A stretch of DNA of 58,064 bases, counting the filler, from Platydemus manokwari (lineage: Eukaryota), in NCBI GenBank assembly GCA_037951405.1. It is 4 parts of 4 records of this genome, joined end to end, with 100 filler letters (N's around TTAATTAATTAA, not from the genome) between each part and the next. Parts side by side here need not be neighbours in the genome. Positions count along the whole stretch, not along the records: positions 1 to 24,923 come from JBBMOY010111120.1; positions 25,024 to 38,604 come from JBBMOY011681400.1; 2 more parts are not named here. One strand, given 5' to 3'. Each line of letters begins with the position of its first letter. The stretch's first letter is position 1. Shown piece after piece: positions 19,400-31,560 of this stretch. The notes under the pieces were generated by a model. It saw only the letters and a program-made list of their open reading frames with translations, had not been told where the DNA came from and did no database searches. The translations under genes and the position numbers were made by a program.

Positions 19400-20160
19400 A
19401 ATACTCTGGCATTTAATGCATCGCCCTGGAAGACAAACGAGGAAAGCCAAAAGTTCTGACTTTGCTATAGTTTCCCTGAAACCATGACACATGTACCACA
19501 ATGTTGCAACCCAAATAAAAAGCTACAAACTGCTCACCATGATGCATGCCTGAACAAAATTGTTGATTGTATTCAATCAAAAAATATTATTGTAGTAGTG
19601 AGCCAAATGTGCTCACTGTTACCAGAAAGAAAGGATCGCATCGATTTATTGGTTACTGATCTAGAGCGAAAAAAGATCTTTCTGGTAGACATGAAATGTC
19701 CGATTGACACAATACAAAACTTCGAGGAGTCAAACAAAAATAATATAATTCCTTATATCTATTTTAGAAATGAGCTAACCAAATTGAAACCAGATTTCAA
19801 TATTGAGCTTTTCACGTGTATTATAGGCTCACTCGATACAGCTCCGGTCTCAACCGAAGCAATTTTGGCAATAATTGGCGTGCCGAAGAATAAAATCCAA
19901 AACCTGGTCAAAGAATACGCAACCTAAAATGTTGAACATTCGGCAAAAATCTGGAATTTTCTCTCGACCGGTGTTTTGATAGATTTTATCTAACACAAAA
20001 AACAATCAACCGATTCATACCCAACAGAAAGCCGAGATGAATGAATGAAAGAGCAAAACTGCCTTCACTAATCAAAGCTTTCAGACCCAAGCAGGTCACA
20101 ATCAATCCAATGAGCCCAACAAATTTGTATTTAAATAAATCTTGTAACACATATAATTGT
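19400..20160 (+). mobile_element. 5'-truncated non-LTR retrotransposon with restriction-like endonuclease (R2/R4/NeSL-type)
   Basis: CYSFPETMTHVPQCC (degenerate CCHC knuckle), AHHDACLNKI (RH[N/D] motif) and RIDLLVTDLERKKIFLVDMKCP (PD-(D/E)xK core) in ORF 19484-19927, followed by a likely 3' UTR. Confidence 0.85.
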
Positions 20161-23100
20161 TAAATCTAATAATTAATTAGCTATAACACTAGCAAAATAG
20201 GTATAATCATAAATAATAATAACAGTTAGATAAAAAAAACCCAAAGAACAAAGACAAATTGCGTATAAAATGGTTCAGGACCTGAAAAATAAACAAAATA
20301 ATCACAAAATTGCCTATAGAAAATCCTACGCAACTCTTGTCGATAATATATTTGTTTTATCTTTTAAAGATGTAAGTTAAATTGATATAATAATCTTGAT
20401 TTCGATTTGTTGTTAGTGTCCCAGTTTATAATTCAAGCTATTGATTACATAAATCCTCATTTTCTACTTATCATTAGTTTGTTCATTTTTGTAACGGTTA
20501 AAAAACCAACAATAGGAATTCAATCACCATGCATAATTTTTATCATCTTTAAGTGACTGTTTGCATGAGTGTCTCTCATACCTGCACTTAGGCTCGTAGA
20601 ACTTCGTCTGGCTTTCTACGCATTTTACAATATGAATTGTATTTATTTATTCAAAAATTTCAACGTAATCTTAAGAAATCTTAATTTGTCGCCTTGCAGT
20701 GTCTTAAATAAGTTAGATCATGTTTATTTTTTAAAAACATTCTTTGATTATACTTACCTACATATGATTTATGATAATTTGATGATGTTTGATATTATCG
20801 AGCAGACAAATGTAGTTCAGAATTTCTTTCTCTTGTAAGTACTTTCAAATTCAATATTATCCAAACATATTCTACGATTTACATGAACCAACAAAGTAAA
20901 ATATATGCTCATAGTTTTAAAAAATTTCTTCAAAAATTCCGTTTATTTTCAGCTGAAATTTTTCATTTTCATCTCAGAGAGACAGAAGTATTGAGATGCG
21001 TGGAAAACACTAAAATATTTTACAAGACGCACTTATTAATCTCATGAACTCGGCACCTATTGCATGAAAAGAAACCTATTTCAAAAATGAGGATTATTTT
21101 TGAATTACTGTTAATAGAATAAGTGAGGTGAAGTTATTTCCCTGAACTATATTTGTCTATTTGATTATACCAAACGTTGCCTACACGACAGCCGGTATTA
21201 GTTAAGAGAATATTTGGAACTTTAATTTCTGATTGAATTTCGTACGAGCAGAACGTGAATAAAACATATGTGTTGATTTGAAGATAGATGATAAATATTT
21301 TCCTTCTACTAAATACTATATGTAAAGAAGAATTAAATAATTGTCTCGTTTTTCTTTCATTTTTCTACCAGGTGGGAGTGGATTTTATGAAAGGAGATGC
21401 AAATCATATTAGGAGTGACGAAAATATCATATTGAAACAAAAATAAAGGCATCGATTTTTATATTTATCGTTTTGTTTTGACGAGCTCATTTCCTTGTAA
21501 AAATATTTATCACGAACATTTCCATTAATGCAATGCTCCAATAATTTACAAAATCTATAAATATTGTGATAGAGATATGTTTGTCAATTTAATTAATTCG
21601 TTTGAAATGAAAAAGTCATTCAAATAGATGTTGTAAGAAACTTAACAAAAAAGAACAGCCGTGGAACTGAAAAAAAAATACGCAAGGATCCGATCTTATG
21701 ATATTATACGATAAATTTGAAAACAACTTTAATAATTTAGTTTCTCCAAATCTCTTCATGTTTATACCATGTTTATTCAAATAATTCGTTTTTAAATCAC
21801 ATTTCTTTTTCTTTTAAGTACTTCCAAATTCAATTTATAGATTCAACATATAATAATAACCGATATAACACTATCACCAAGAAGTTTTCCTTGTTTTATT
21901 CAATTCGCTTTCGTACATTTTCAATCTGAAGGTCAGCTTTATAAATTATTACCATTTTAATAATCAATGATAAAATTAGAAATTAAGTGAGGTTACAAAT
22001 TTAATTATCAGATTTCAGTTCCTTCAAATTTATAAGGCACAATTCCGAGATTTTATTTAATAATTCAACTCAACTATTTTAAATCCGTTTAATTAGTTCA
22101 TTGGCTTCAAATACAAGCCTCCACAATCACAACAGAGTTAAAAATTATTATTGTATTTTTGTTAAATAAATTGATTTTTTACTTTTCATCTAACCAATAA
22201 AAGTTATTAGTTTATTGATTTATTATTTCATGAGAATATTTATGAATATCGAAATAACTATGGACACACATTGAAATTGTGATTAATAATTATAAAAAAT
22301 ATTGATACTCACTACCAATATTTCGATGATTAAGTCGAATATGATGTAGTAGTGCAGCTCTGTTAAAAAAAGTTGCAAACCTCTGAGTAGGAATAACCGA
22401 CAATTATTTTGGATTTCACTTCTAAATAATTTTCTAGAATTTTGAATAACTGGACGTAATAAAAAAATATATTAATATTTTAAATCTCCCCAAGAAAGGA
22501 AACCCAAGAAGCAAATAAGCTTTCCAAGGAAGTCAAAAAGCTTTTAATAGATAAATCCATATATGCATTTAATTCTAATTAAGGAGAATAAATCAAATTA
22601 GATTAAATATATTATGTTAAAATACTTCATCATGTAAAAAAATATTGAAAGAATTAAGATTCTATCAAAGGAGTTTGTGTAAAATTATTTGTAAACCTCT
22701 TTCAACTATAAACAGGTTGTCGTTGATAGTAAAATATTAATGCGTCTAGATGATCCATAACGACGAGAAAAATCGGTTAATAAATCACCAAAATCTTCAA
22801 ATTTTGTAGTAAGGTAATATGTGAAAAGAAACTGGACACATCACGACTTACAGACAAGACCTACATTAAAAAAACCACTTGAATTTTCCAACGAAAAATT
22901 TTAAAATCTTTGTTTGCCAGTAATAAATTTATTTCCTAAATTTCCGATTTTAGTTATTTTAAGTTTGACAGCCATATTGAAATTTTCTGTAGGCGGCATT
23001 TCTGTTGATAATAATGTCATCGAAAATTATAATCAGAGTAATCACAAAATGTATGATCACATATTTTATTTGTATAAGATCGTTGATCGAATTTATATTG

Positions 23101-24923
23101 ATTTCTAATATTAAATCCGGATAATAATAATATAACTAATTTTGAATTTACTGAAAAATACATTAGTATAAATGTTATCGCATTTTGTAAACAAACAAAT
23201 GATGCCGATAGCATTTTATAATTCACGTTCAATTAAATAATCCTTTTAAAATCATTGATTTCTCAAATTTATTTGACAATCTGATACTTTTTCAGTAAAT
23301 ATTAGTAGAAGTTTTTCCCAGATCGATTACTTGACGTAAAGATTTTTATTCTTTTGAGTGTTGAGCCATTCTTGTGAAATTTGTGGAAACAATACAGTTT
23401 TCTTTTGCACTGCAAATAAATTATAATTCTTTACACACATATAAACTTCATAATTCTTTCTGAATATGTCTGTATTCTACAGAATAATTTATTCAACAAA
23501 TCAATAACAAAAATTAATATCTGGTTTATTTTCATTTCCATATTTATGACGTTCTGTCTTCTAGGAAAATAAACGATGTCCTGCAGTAAAAATAATATAT
23601 TATAAGTAAAAGATAAAATACGTTTATGGAATGGAATAGATTTGATATAATCTAAAAGCTAATTGAAAGAAATGATTGGCAAATTTTAATTTTAGCTTTC
23701 ATCAATTCTAGAATGATTGTATCAATTAATAATTAAAGGTATTCATTTATTTAATTAATCGAAATGAAGACGATCCTGGCTATTTTTAGTTTACTTTCAA
23801 ATCAGGATATTAGTCCGTTTAGAAGTTCATCAATCGTCTAGACTTTGATATTAATGAGAATAATAATTTTTAAAATTATTGTGTTTCAATGTAATTACTT
23901 TGTGCGTCTTTAAATTAAGGATTTTTGATGTTTTTTATAATCACGATTTATGGGAGATATTTTATAAGAAGTAAATTTTCCAATCAGTCCAGATTTTGTA
24001 TTTAAAGAACTGTGTATGATCTTCTGAAATGTCACTGAGGGAGATTACAAACCGAAATGGTTTTGCATGCTCTTCTGGTTCCACTTGATAGAATCAGAAT
24101 GCCAAAAATGTCGATAAAAGACTAGAGTAGGATAAAAAATGCTTCAGAAATTGTAATTGCATACATCAATTCAGATGCCCTTTGAATTTTCTTTGGAGTT
24201 TTTAAAGGTTGAATTGGTTTCGTTCATTTTCGTTAACAGGAATTATCGATAAATACTAAGCCGGTATCTTTCCTATTCCTTTATACCATGTCAATTTTGT
24301 TTTGAATATATTAAATATTCGATCTTAAATATTTCTTCCCCACGAAGTTATTTAGTGGGATCACTTTCATTTGCTTTCATTTCACTGCTTATGTTTCCTA
24401 TTATCCTTCGTTTATTTTATAAGCCTAATGGTATTTCTGACAGTAACTTGAAAAAGGTAACCACAATTCGAATCTCGATTGGAAAAATCATTATGAAAAT
24501 TTTTTGTGGACATTTTTGTATTATTCAGACCAGAAATTGAACACTTGATGATGTATGGGAATAATTTTATTGGTTAATGAAAGCTTTTGACGCAATTAAA
24601 AGTGAAACAAACCATGTATTAATTCTCACAAGTTTCTCACAGGAAAGTTCAAGTAATATATTAGAGTCTTAGAGATATCTCCTCTAAATTTATTTCTCCC
24701 TTAATAGAAATTTCTCTTGAGAGTTTTCAAGAGTTTTCATGACAATTGAACAATTCTCGGCTGTAATTAAATATTGTTCTTTATTGTTTTAATCGAATAT
24801 TACAGGCTTTTTGAAAATCGTTATTATATTTTATTAAAATACTTAATGAAAGATTCTCTATTTTTGTTACTTCCTAGTCATTCATATATCTTCAATCAAT
24901 ACTTCATCACCAAAAATGTTACA

Positions 24924-25023
24924 NNNNNNNNNNNNNNNNNNNNNNNNNNNNNNNNNNNNNNNNNNNNTTAATTAATTAANNNNNNNNNNNNNNNNNNNNN
25001 NNNNNNNNNNNNNNNNNNNNNNN
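24924..25023. other. Assembly gap with artificial TTAATTAATTAA linker
   Basis: N44-TTAATTAATTAA-N44, identical at all three gaps. Confidence 0.97.
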
Positions 25024-25503
25024 TAACTCATGGATAATCACATTGGACGGATAATTATGCGACCACATATAAATAATTGCGATAATGTCCGATAGTCGTA
25101 AATGACTGCGAGAAAAGAAAGAGTCCGAACGAATTGAGCGACGGGTTTTGCATGTCTTGCAATACCAACGCATGCCATCAATCGAATATGCAAGGTTATT
25201 TAACGAGCAGCTATTGTTACATACATTACACATATATGTGTTGTGTAATAGTCGATATTTGGCTAACCATGAGATGCATGAACGCACGTCATTAGTGTCT
25301 TTCTGTAGTTGGCGCATTCGGTAATTTTCGGTAATTTCCCCCAATATTTGATCGTGTGGTAGAATAAATTGTGGTGCTTTTCTATTTGCCATCTAAAATG
25401 TGTAAATAATTATGTAAATTTTATAAAAATCTTAATACATCTTATAAAGCTAATCAATAAAATGTCAATAAATTATATTATTATATCGCCTACTTTAGGC
25501 GCC
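25024..25503 (-). mobile_element. Merlin (IS1595/ISXO2-like) DNA transposon 5' end, cut by the gap
   Basis: ORF from 25392 reads CISWLAKYRLL...CNVC...WYCKTCKTRRSIRSDSFFSRSHLRLSDIIAIIYMWS, the typical Merlin Zn-ribbon N-terminus. Candidate GG-starting TIR GGCGCCTAAAGTAGGCGA begins at 25503 on the minus strand. Confidence 0.85.
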
Positions 25504-27499
25504 ACTATATCATTTTATTGAAGATCAATTATTATGCATTTAAACAAATTTTTTAAATTTTTATATAAGTAAAGATTTTATTATTTTAAATAAATTCAAT
25601 TAAAATAAGTCCTATTCAATTAAAAAAAATAGTATAAACAATTCATTGCTTAAATTTCTAAAATATGTAAATTTCCAGTATGTTCTGAAAAGAAAATAAT
25701 TTGTCAGATATTTTGGAGTTTAACAAAATTAATTTGAATAAAATAGAAATATTGGTGTTAAAAGAATATTCAAATAAAAATAAATCATGTTATAATGCGC
25801 GATAAACAAATATAATGAAGTTTGCTATTTATTAACTTTTTCATATGATAAGGAAGTGTTCGATAGATAATATTAATAGTATTTAAAATATAAATAACCA
25901 TGGATTATATTATAAGGATTCCTGCAAAATATGAAATAATACTCAATAATAAGTAACTAAATTATTTGAAAAAATTTTTGTGAATAAAAGTAAGATAATG
26001 AATTTTACAATCGTTAATATATACATATCATGTAGCGTTCACGGTTAGATTCTTAGGTTATAAGAGTCAAGTGGTTATCTCTTTAATGAAATTACACAGC
26101 TACACAAAATAAAAAATACACATCATAGTGTTGGGTAGGTGACAAAAATAGCCAAAATGTTCACGGCACTTCGATTGTATGTACTCGCAAAATTTTTTCG
26201 GCCAACATTTCGATTTCTATTATTGTATTTCTTATCATTTTATCTCCTGTCATTATTCTGTCGATAATTATTATAACTATTATTATCTATGCTATTTCCC
26301 TGATTGCACATGAATTCATTATTTGCATTCCAATTGGGACTATTTAGAGATAGAGATCAAAATTAATTGTTTTTATAATAATTCGTAAAATTTATTTGAT
26401 CAAACTTTTTTCACTACACTCACCTTTCTAATAATTATGTTTATTAGTAACATAACAGGAAATAATAAATCAAAACGAAAATGTATGTTCATAAAATTTA
26501 TGGTGCTTCTTAAACTAACGATAATTAAAAACAAACCTATGCAATTATTTTTGCATAATTATTGAACTGTGATTAACTCACATTAATGGAAATACAAAGA
26601 GAAATAATTTATTATAATAAAAATTTTACAATGTTCTACCGCGTACTTATGTTTTCAAAAATTATATACCACACAAATCTTTGATGAGTCAAATATAAAT
26701 TGTCTCAAAAAAAATTTATAGGATACGAATTCAAAACGCTAATTAAAATTTTTGACTACTTATTTCCAAATAGATTGTTATTTTCAAAAAAAAATATTTG
26801 AATTAAAATTTCATATTTCTTGACGTTTCAAACTGTAATAGTTGCTTTGTAACTTCAAAAGAATTTTCAAACTGAACGTAAATTGGTGAAATGCGTAGTG
26901 TTTTTTACCGATTATTTATTTCATTCAACGACTTTACGATTTATTCGCAAATTATTTTACCAGCTGGCGTTTTCCTTATAATAATTTTTTTATTTATTTA
27001 GAACAGGAATAGTCGAAACGAGGTACAGTTAATCTAATACTTGCTGAGATTTTTCGAATAAACACTGATTTATAAATTTGCATAGCTACTAATTTCTCGA
27101 AATTGTGGTTGCTTATTTATTTATAATTGTAGTTGGAACCACTTATACTTTTTTGCGAATTCACTATTAATTTATAGTCTTGTAGCTAAATTTCTACTCT
27201 TAGAAGTACTATTTCAAAAATTGCTTTCTCTGACAAAGCAGTGTCTCATCAATTAGATTAGTGTGAAGTTTCCTAGTATTATTATATTATAGTATATTAT
27301 GAACTTATATTGTAGTACTTTTAATTTATTACTGTGCGTGATTATATTCATAGCGATTACTCCTATATTGATTTTCATCGATTAATATCATTTCTTCATT
27401 AATTTTAAATTATTTTTACTTGTTATTTTATCTTCATTTCGATTTATTCTCTTATATTTTTATCTATCCCTACTAATAGTATTATTTAATTTTATTACT

Positions 27500-28430
27500 T
27501 TTAAGTTTTCCTTTGCGCATACACCCAGTTATCGTTCAAATTCAAAATGTAGATTATTTATTAATACCAAAAACCATGACTATGAAACATAGAGATATGA
27601 TCTCACTGAAATTCCTTTTTTGATTTATGGTATGTGAGATTTCAAGTGGTCTAATTTTGGTGGAACTTCGTGGCTGCAAAAATTAATAGTACGAATAAAA
27701 GTTAATGTATAAAACTTTTTTTCCGATCTCTTAAGTAATTCTCAAGATTAATATTTAATTGATATCTGATCGATAGTAATTACCTCAACACAATTGTAAC
27801 TGATATTTATTGTCCGAGAAAATCAATTATTATTTGTATAATTTTATTTAAATTTTAATGAAGCATCAAATTTCTGTGTAACATGTTTAAATAGTTTATT
27901 CAGTTCCTCTGTTATGTGTTTAGTTTTTATAATGATGTATAATGCCGCTTTTACTTCATAATTTCTTTGGTAATTTATGTTTCTAATTATATTTCTTATT
28001 AAATTATCTTTTCCTGGTAGCAACAAAGGTCAATTGTTCTGAATTTTGAATAAGTAAAGCTTTTTTAATATCTGTAAAAAATTTTATTGTTGTTTTGTGT
28101 TCTATTTATTAATATTTTGTTTTTGTATTAAGCACCCCTTCATGTTTTGAGATCTCGCACCATTTCATCTCGCGAAATTTCATATAAGCTGAATTTGTTT
28201 TATTTTTAATTTGATAACGATTGTTGGTCGGTGTTTGAATTGATCTTCGAAGTTTTTTAATTATTGTCAGAACTACTTACTTATGTTATGATAACATAAA
28301 ACAATATTTGTTTTCTGTTTTATATGTATGGGGGTCATCGTATTCGTCAAATTATTGATGATTATAATTGCTGGTTGGCTTGGTGATTCAATTGTATAAA
28401 CAGGGTTTATCTACCAAAACCTTTAATTCA
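27500..28430 (-). mobile_element. Highly decayed LINE (L2/CR1-like ORF1 plus APE endonuclease) fragment
   Basis: Degenerate IIINNL and KHRPTIVIKL (ORF1-like) motifs, followed by weak endonuclease-like motifs. Many stops. Confidence 0.35.
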
Positions 28431-28469
28431 TTATAAAGACGTTCACTTTCAAATTTATTTTCAAAATGT

Positions 28470-29330
28470 CCGCCATTTTCATTAATGCAAAAACGAATTA
28501 GCTTCTCAAATGCTCGATAACATACCTCTTTATTACCCTTTCATCAACATCATGTACTGGGTTGCAAATTTTATTTTCAAGTTCATCTAATTTTGTGAAT
28601 AATTTTGATACAGGATTTCTTTTACAATGTTCCACAGAAAGAAATCAACTGACATTAAGTTTGGTGATCTAAGTGCCACTACAAATGATTTCTTCGGTGA
28701 CTATTCAAAGTGGTTCAAATGACTGATGATAGTTTGTATAAATGCAGTGGGGCTCCATCCGTTATGGTCACACTTCCGTCTTTTACATGACCTAGAAGGA
28801 TTTTTGAAGCATGGAAGGATAATTTGCATTGTTAACGATTGCTTTGAAGAAATAGATCACAGAAACTCCTTGTATCGAAATGTTTACACCGTATTTATGG
28901 ATTTCGTATGAAGACGATTTTGGTTTTTATCAGACTAAAAAACACCGTTATGATTATTAACTGATTCATTAAGATAGAACTTGGCTTCATTTGTTCAAAT
29001 AATTTTTTGTACTAATTATTGAAATCTTAGTATTTCAGTTGTCGATCATGGACATCTTCATTATGCTCCTGAAACATAGAAAAATGATAGTTCTTGAGAC
29101 CTAAATTCATTTTAAGAATGCGATGAACCGAAGATTTTGAAATGCTAAGGCTTTAGGTATCTTTCATATGGAGAAGCACTATCCATTTCATTCACACCAT
29201 TAACAACTCCTCCAACTTCATTGTCATAATTATTAATATTATTATCCTTAACTCTTCTAATTGATTCAAATCTCTCAATTAAAGAAGGAATTGACTTGAG
29301 ACAGCTATTTTATAAGTCGTTTGACTGCTG
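28470..29330 (-). mobile_element. Tc1/mariner (IS630 superfamily) transposase remnant
   Basis: Minus-strand frames give LSISKSSVHRILKMNLGLKNY, FYLNESVNNHN (FHLNG.VNKQN-like) and RSPNLMSVDFFLW (SPDLxPxDFFLWG-like). Frameshifted. Confidence 0.8.
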
Positions 29331-30229
29331 CATTTTTAAAGTTCAATGGATTCCTTGAGATTCGCTCGAGATCTTTATGTTTGATAGCTCATTAAAATAA
29401 TTTGATAAAAATAATGAGAGTAAAGACAACGATTTTATATAGATAATAATATAAAGAATTGTTAATGTATAATGAATTAATAATAATAATGAATTAATAA
29501 AAAAATCATTTTTGTTGAAATTGAAAATCAATTAAAAAAATATTTAGCACTAAAATCGAATTATAAATAAAAGTTGTAGAACGTGGGAATATTTAAGGTA
29601 ATTAATGGCCAGATTATTTCGGTTTACTGCTGATGACAAGTCAGTGAATGTGCATTGGCAAAAATTTTAAATTAACTGAAAGTAAAATATTAATTTTTCC
29701 GATTTAAAAAATATACAGAAACAAAGTAAGTTGTTATATTTATTAATATTTACTACAGATCTTGTTCGTGAGATGCTAGAATGTTAAAATTTATCTGCGG
29801 TATCGTATAATAGGTGTAGAATAAAAGTATTTGCTTATTAGGAGGTAAACTACTAATACCGCGATAAAATTTTATACGGTATCGCAAATTTGTCCTATTT
29901 TTGATAGAACATAGTCCTTGATGTTTTGCTAGATTTTGTATACACAATTTTAAGCAAAATTATAAGTACTTGAGTTTTTTCTTAGTGAGAACCGAGAGTT
30001 AAATATTGGAAGTTTAATCTTATTAAATAAGACATTCAATGAATGATGTGCTTTATTAACAAAATATCACCGCAAAACTAAGGCATCATAGAAAATATGA
30101 TGATTGTCAATGCAAACATATAAATAAAGCTCAGAATTAATTTGTATTATAATTTTTATTTATTAAATATGGTTTATACTACTACAATTATAAATAAAAT
30201 ATAAAATCTGCTACTATAGTTAAATTGGG

Positions 30230-31560
30230 AAGCTGAAGTATCCTGTAGTAATGTCATTTAGGAAAAATCATTCATAGTAGAATTGATTTTGGCAGAGCAA
30301 TAAAATGTTAGGTGCGAATTCTGTCGATGTCAATCAAGCTCTGAGAATCATCCCCTTACTGTCATTATTACTGAATTAAATATAATAAATTACTCATAGT
30401 GTATGTTTGATTATAATTTACATCGTCTTCTATTTCGAATTTGCGTTTACTTTTTGTGCATTTTTCTTTTTTTTCTTTGGGTTTATATAGTTTCTATTGT
30501 TCACTGAGATTGGTTAATCTCTTTATTAATGCTTTGTTTACGTTTTTTGTTATTTGTTTACATTTACGTTCCTGTCGTACGTATATGCTGCCATCCCTAG
30601 ACAGTCTTTACTCGTATTCCAATATATAAATATTCAAATGAATTAAAATATATAATTCTTGGCATCCCAGCTGGAATATATCCATAACTGTATTTTACAT
30701 CGATTCCATGTTCGTAATCTGAATCTGAAATACTCAATAATTTGGATAAATCTATATCATCTTTTACAATGCCATCGGTGATGTTGGGATCATCATTAAT
30801 TATAGAAAAATTTTGAAAATCGGTAGTGTGTACAGGTTTTTTAAAATGACTCAATGCGAAATTGGTTTTCCCAATTCCTAAGGGACCGATAAATAAGTGG
30901 GTTTTTTGATCCCAAACATCGAAATGAGATAAGTTAAATTTATTGTGTTGCGCCTCTGTGATAAAGCCAAACTCTGAATCTAAAGACTTGCAACATTTTT
31001 CTCTTTAAATAATAAAGTTCCGGTTTATTTAATTTTATTATAGACATGGCTGCTTTGCTTGACCTGGATGCAATGACATTCGGCCAAATGGACTCCATGT
31101 TAATTTTGGTTCGGGAACCCGATAAAACTTGATGGCCACCTTCAACTCTAGCATCATTCTTGATAGTAATCTATTTTTCGTTGGATGTTTGCCTCCATAA
31201 CCCCTTTGCAAAAATTCACATCCAATTATTTTCTGGCAGAGGCATAAGTCATACGTATAAAAATATTTTTAATTTGAAACAAAATAAATTATGTAAATAT
31301 GTAATACATGACCATAATTCATGGTTGCGAAAAGTTCAATGTGATGATGTAACAATTCTGAGACTTCTTGACCAACAACGAAACTGGCATTCTTATCCCA
31401 AAGTTTCATATTGTATGATTTTCTATTTTGAAAATCGCATAACGGTATGCTAAATCTTTAGTTAATGATTATGTTGGTATTTGATCTTTAGTTACAACAT
31501 TAGGAATGAACAATATAACTCGAGTATTGTTTTGCGCAGCTTTTCAATTCAATCAACTGA
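30230..31560 (-). pseudogene. rep: Endogenous CRESS-DNA-virus-like Rep (HUH rolling-circle endonuclease plus SF3 helicase), decayed
   Basis: In order on the minus strand: YRYAIFKIEN (motif I-like, ~31415-31450), VVGQEVSELLHHHIE (HUH motif II, HHH at 31341-31349), IDY/xIKNDARVEGG (YxxK motif III across a frameshift), HLFIGPLGIGKTNFALSHFKKP (Walker A, 30864-30887), DGIVKDDID (Walker B) and IDVKYSYGYIPAGMPRIIYFN (motif B'/C). Confidence 0.8.

Noticed and set aside
24968-24979. Palindromic TTAATTAATTAA repeated at three loci
   Set aside because: It is always centred in exactly 44+44 Ns, so it is an artificial all-frame stop linker from scaffolding. Adjacency across these gaps is not evidence of linkage.
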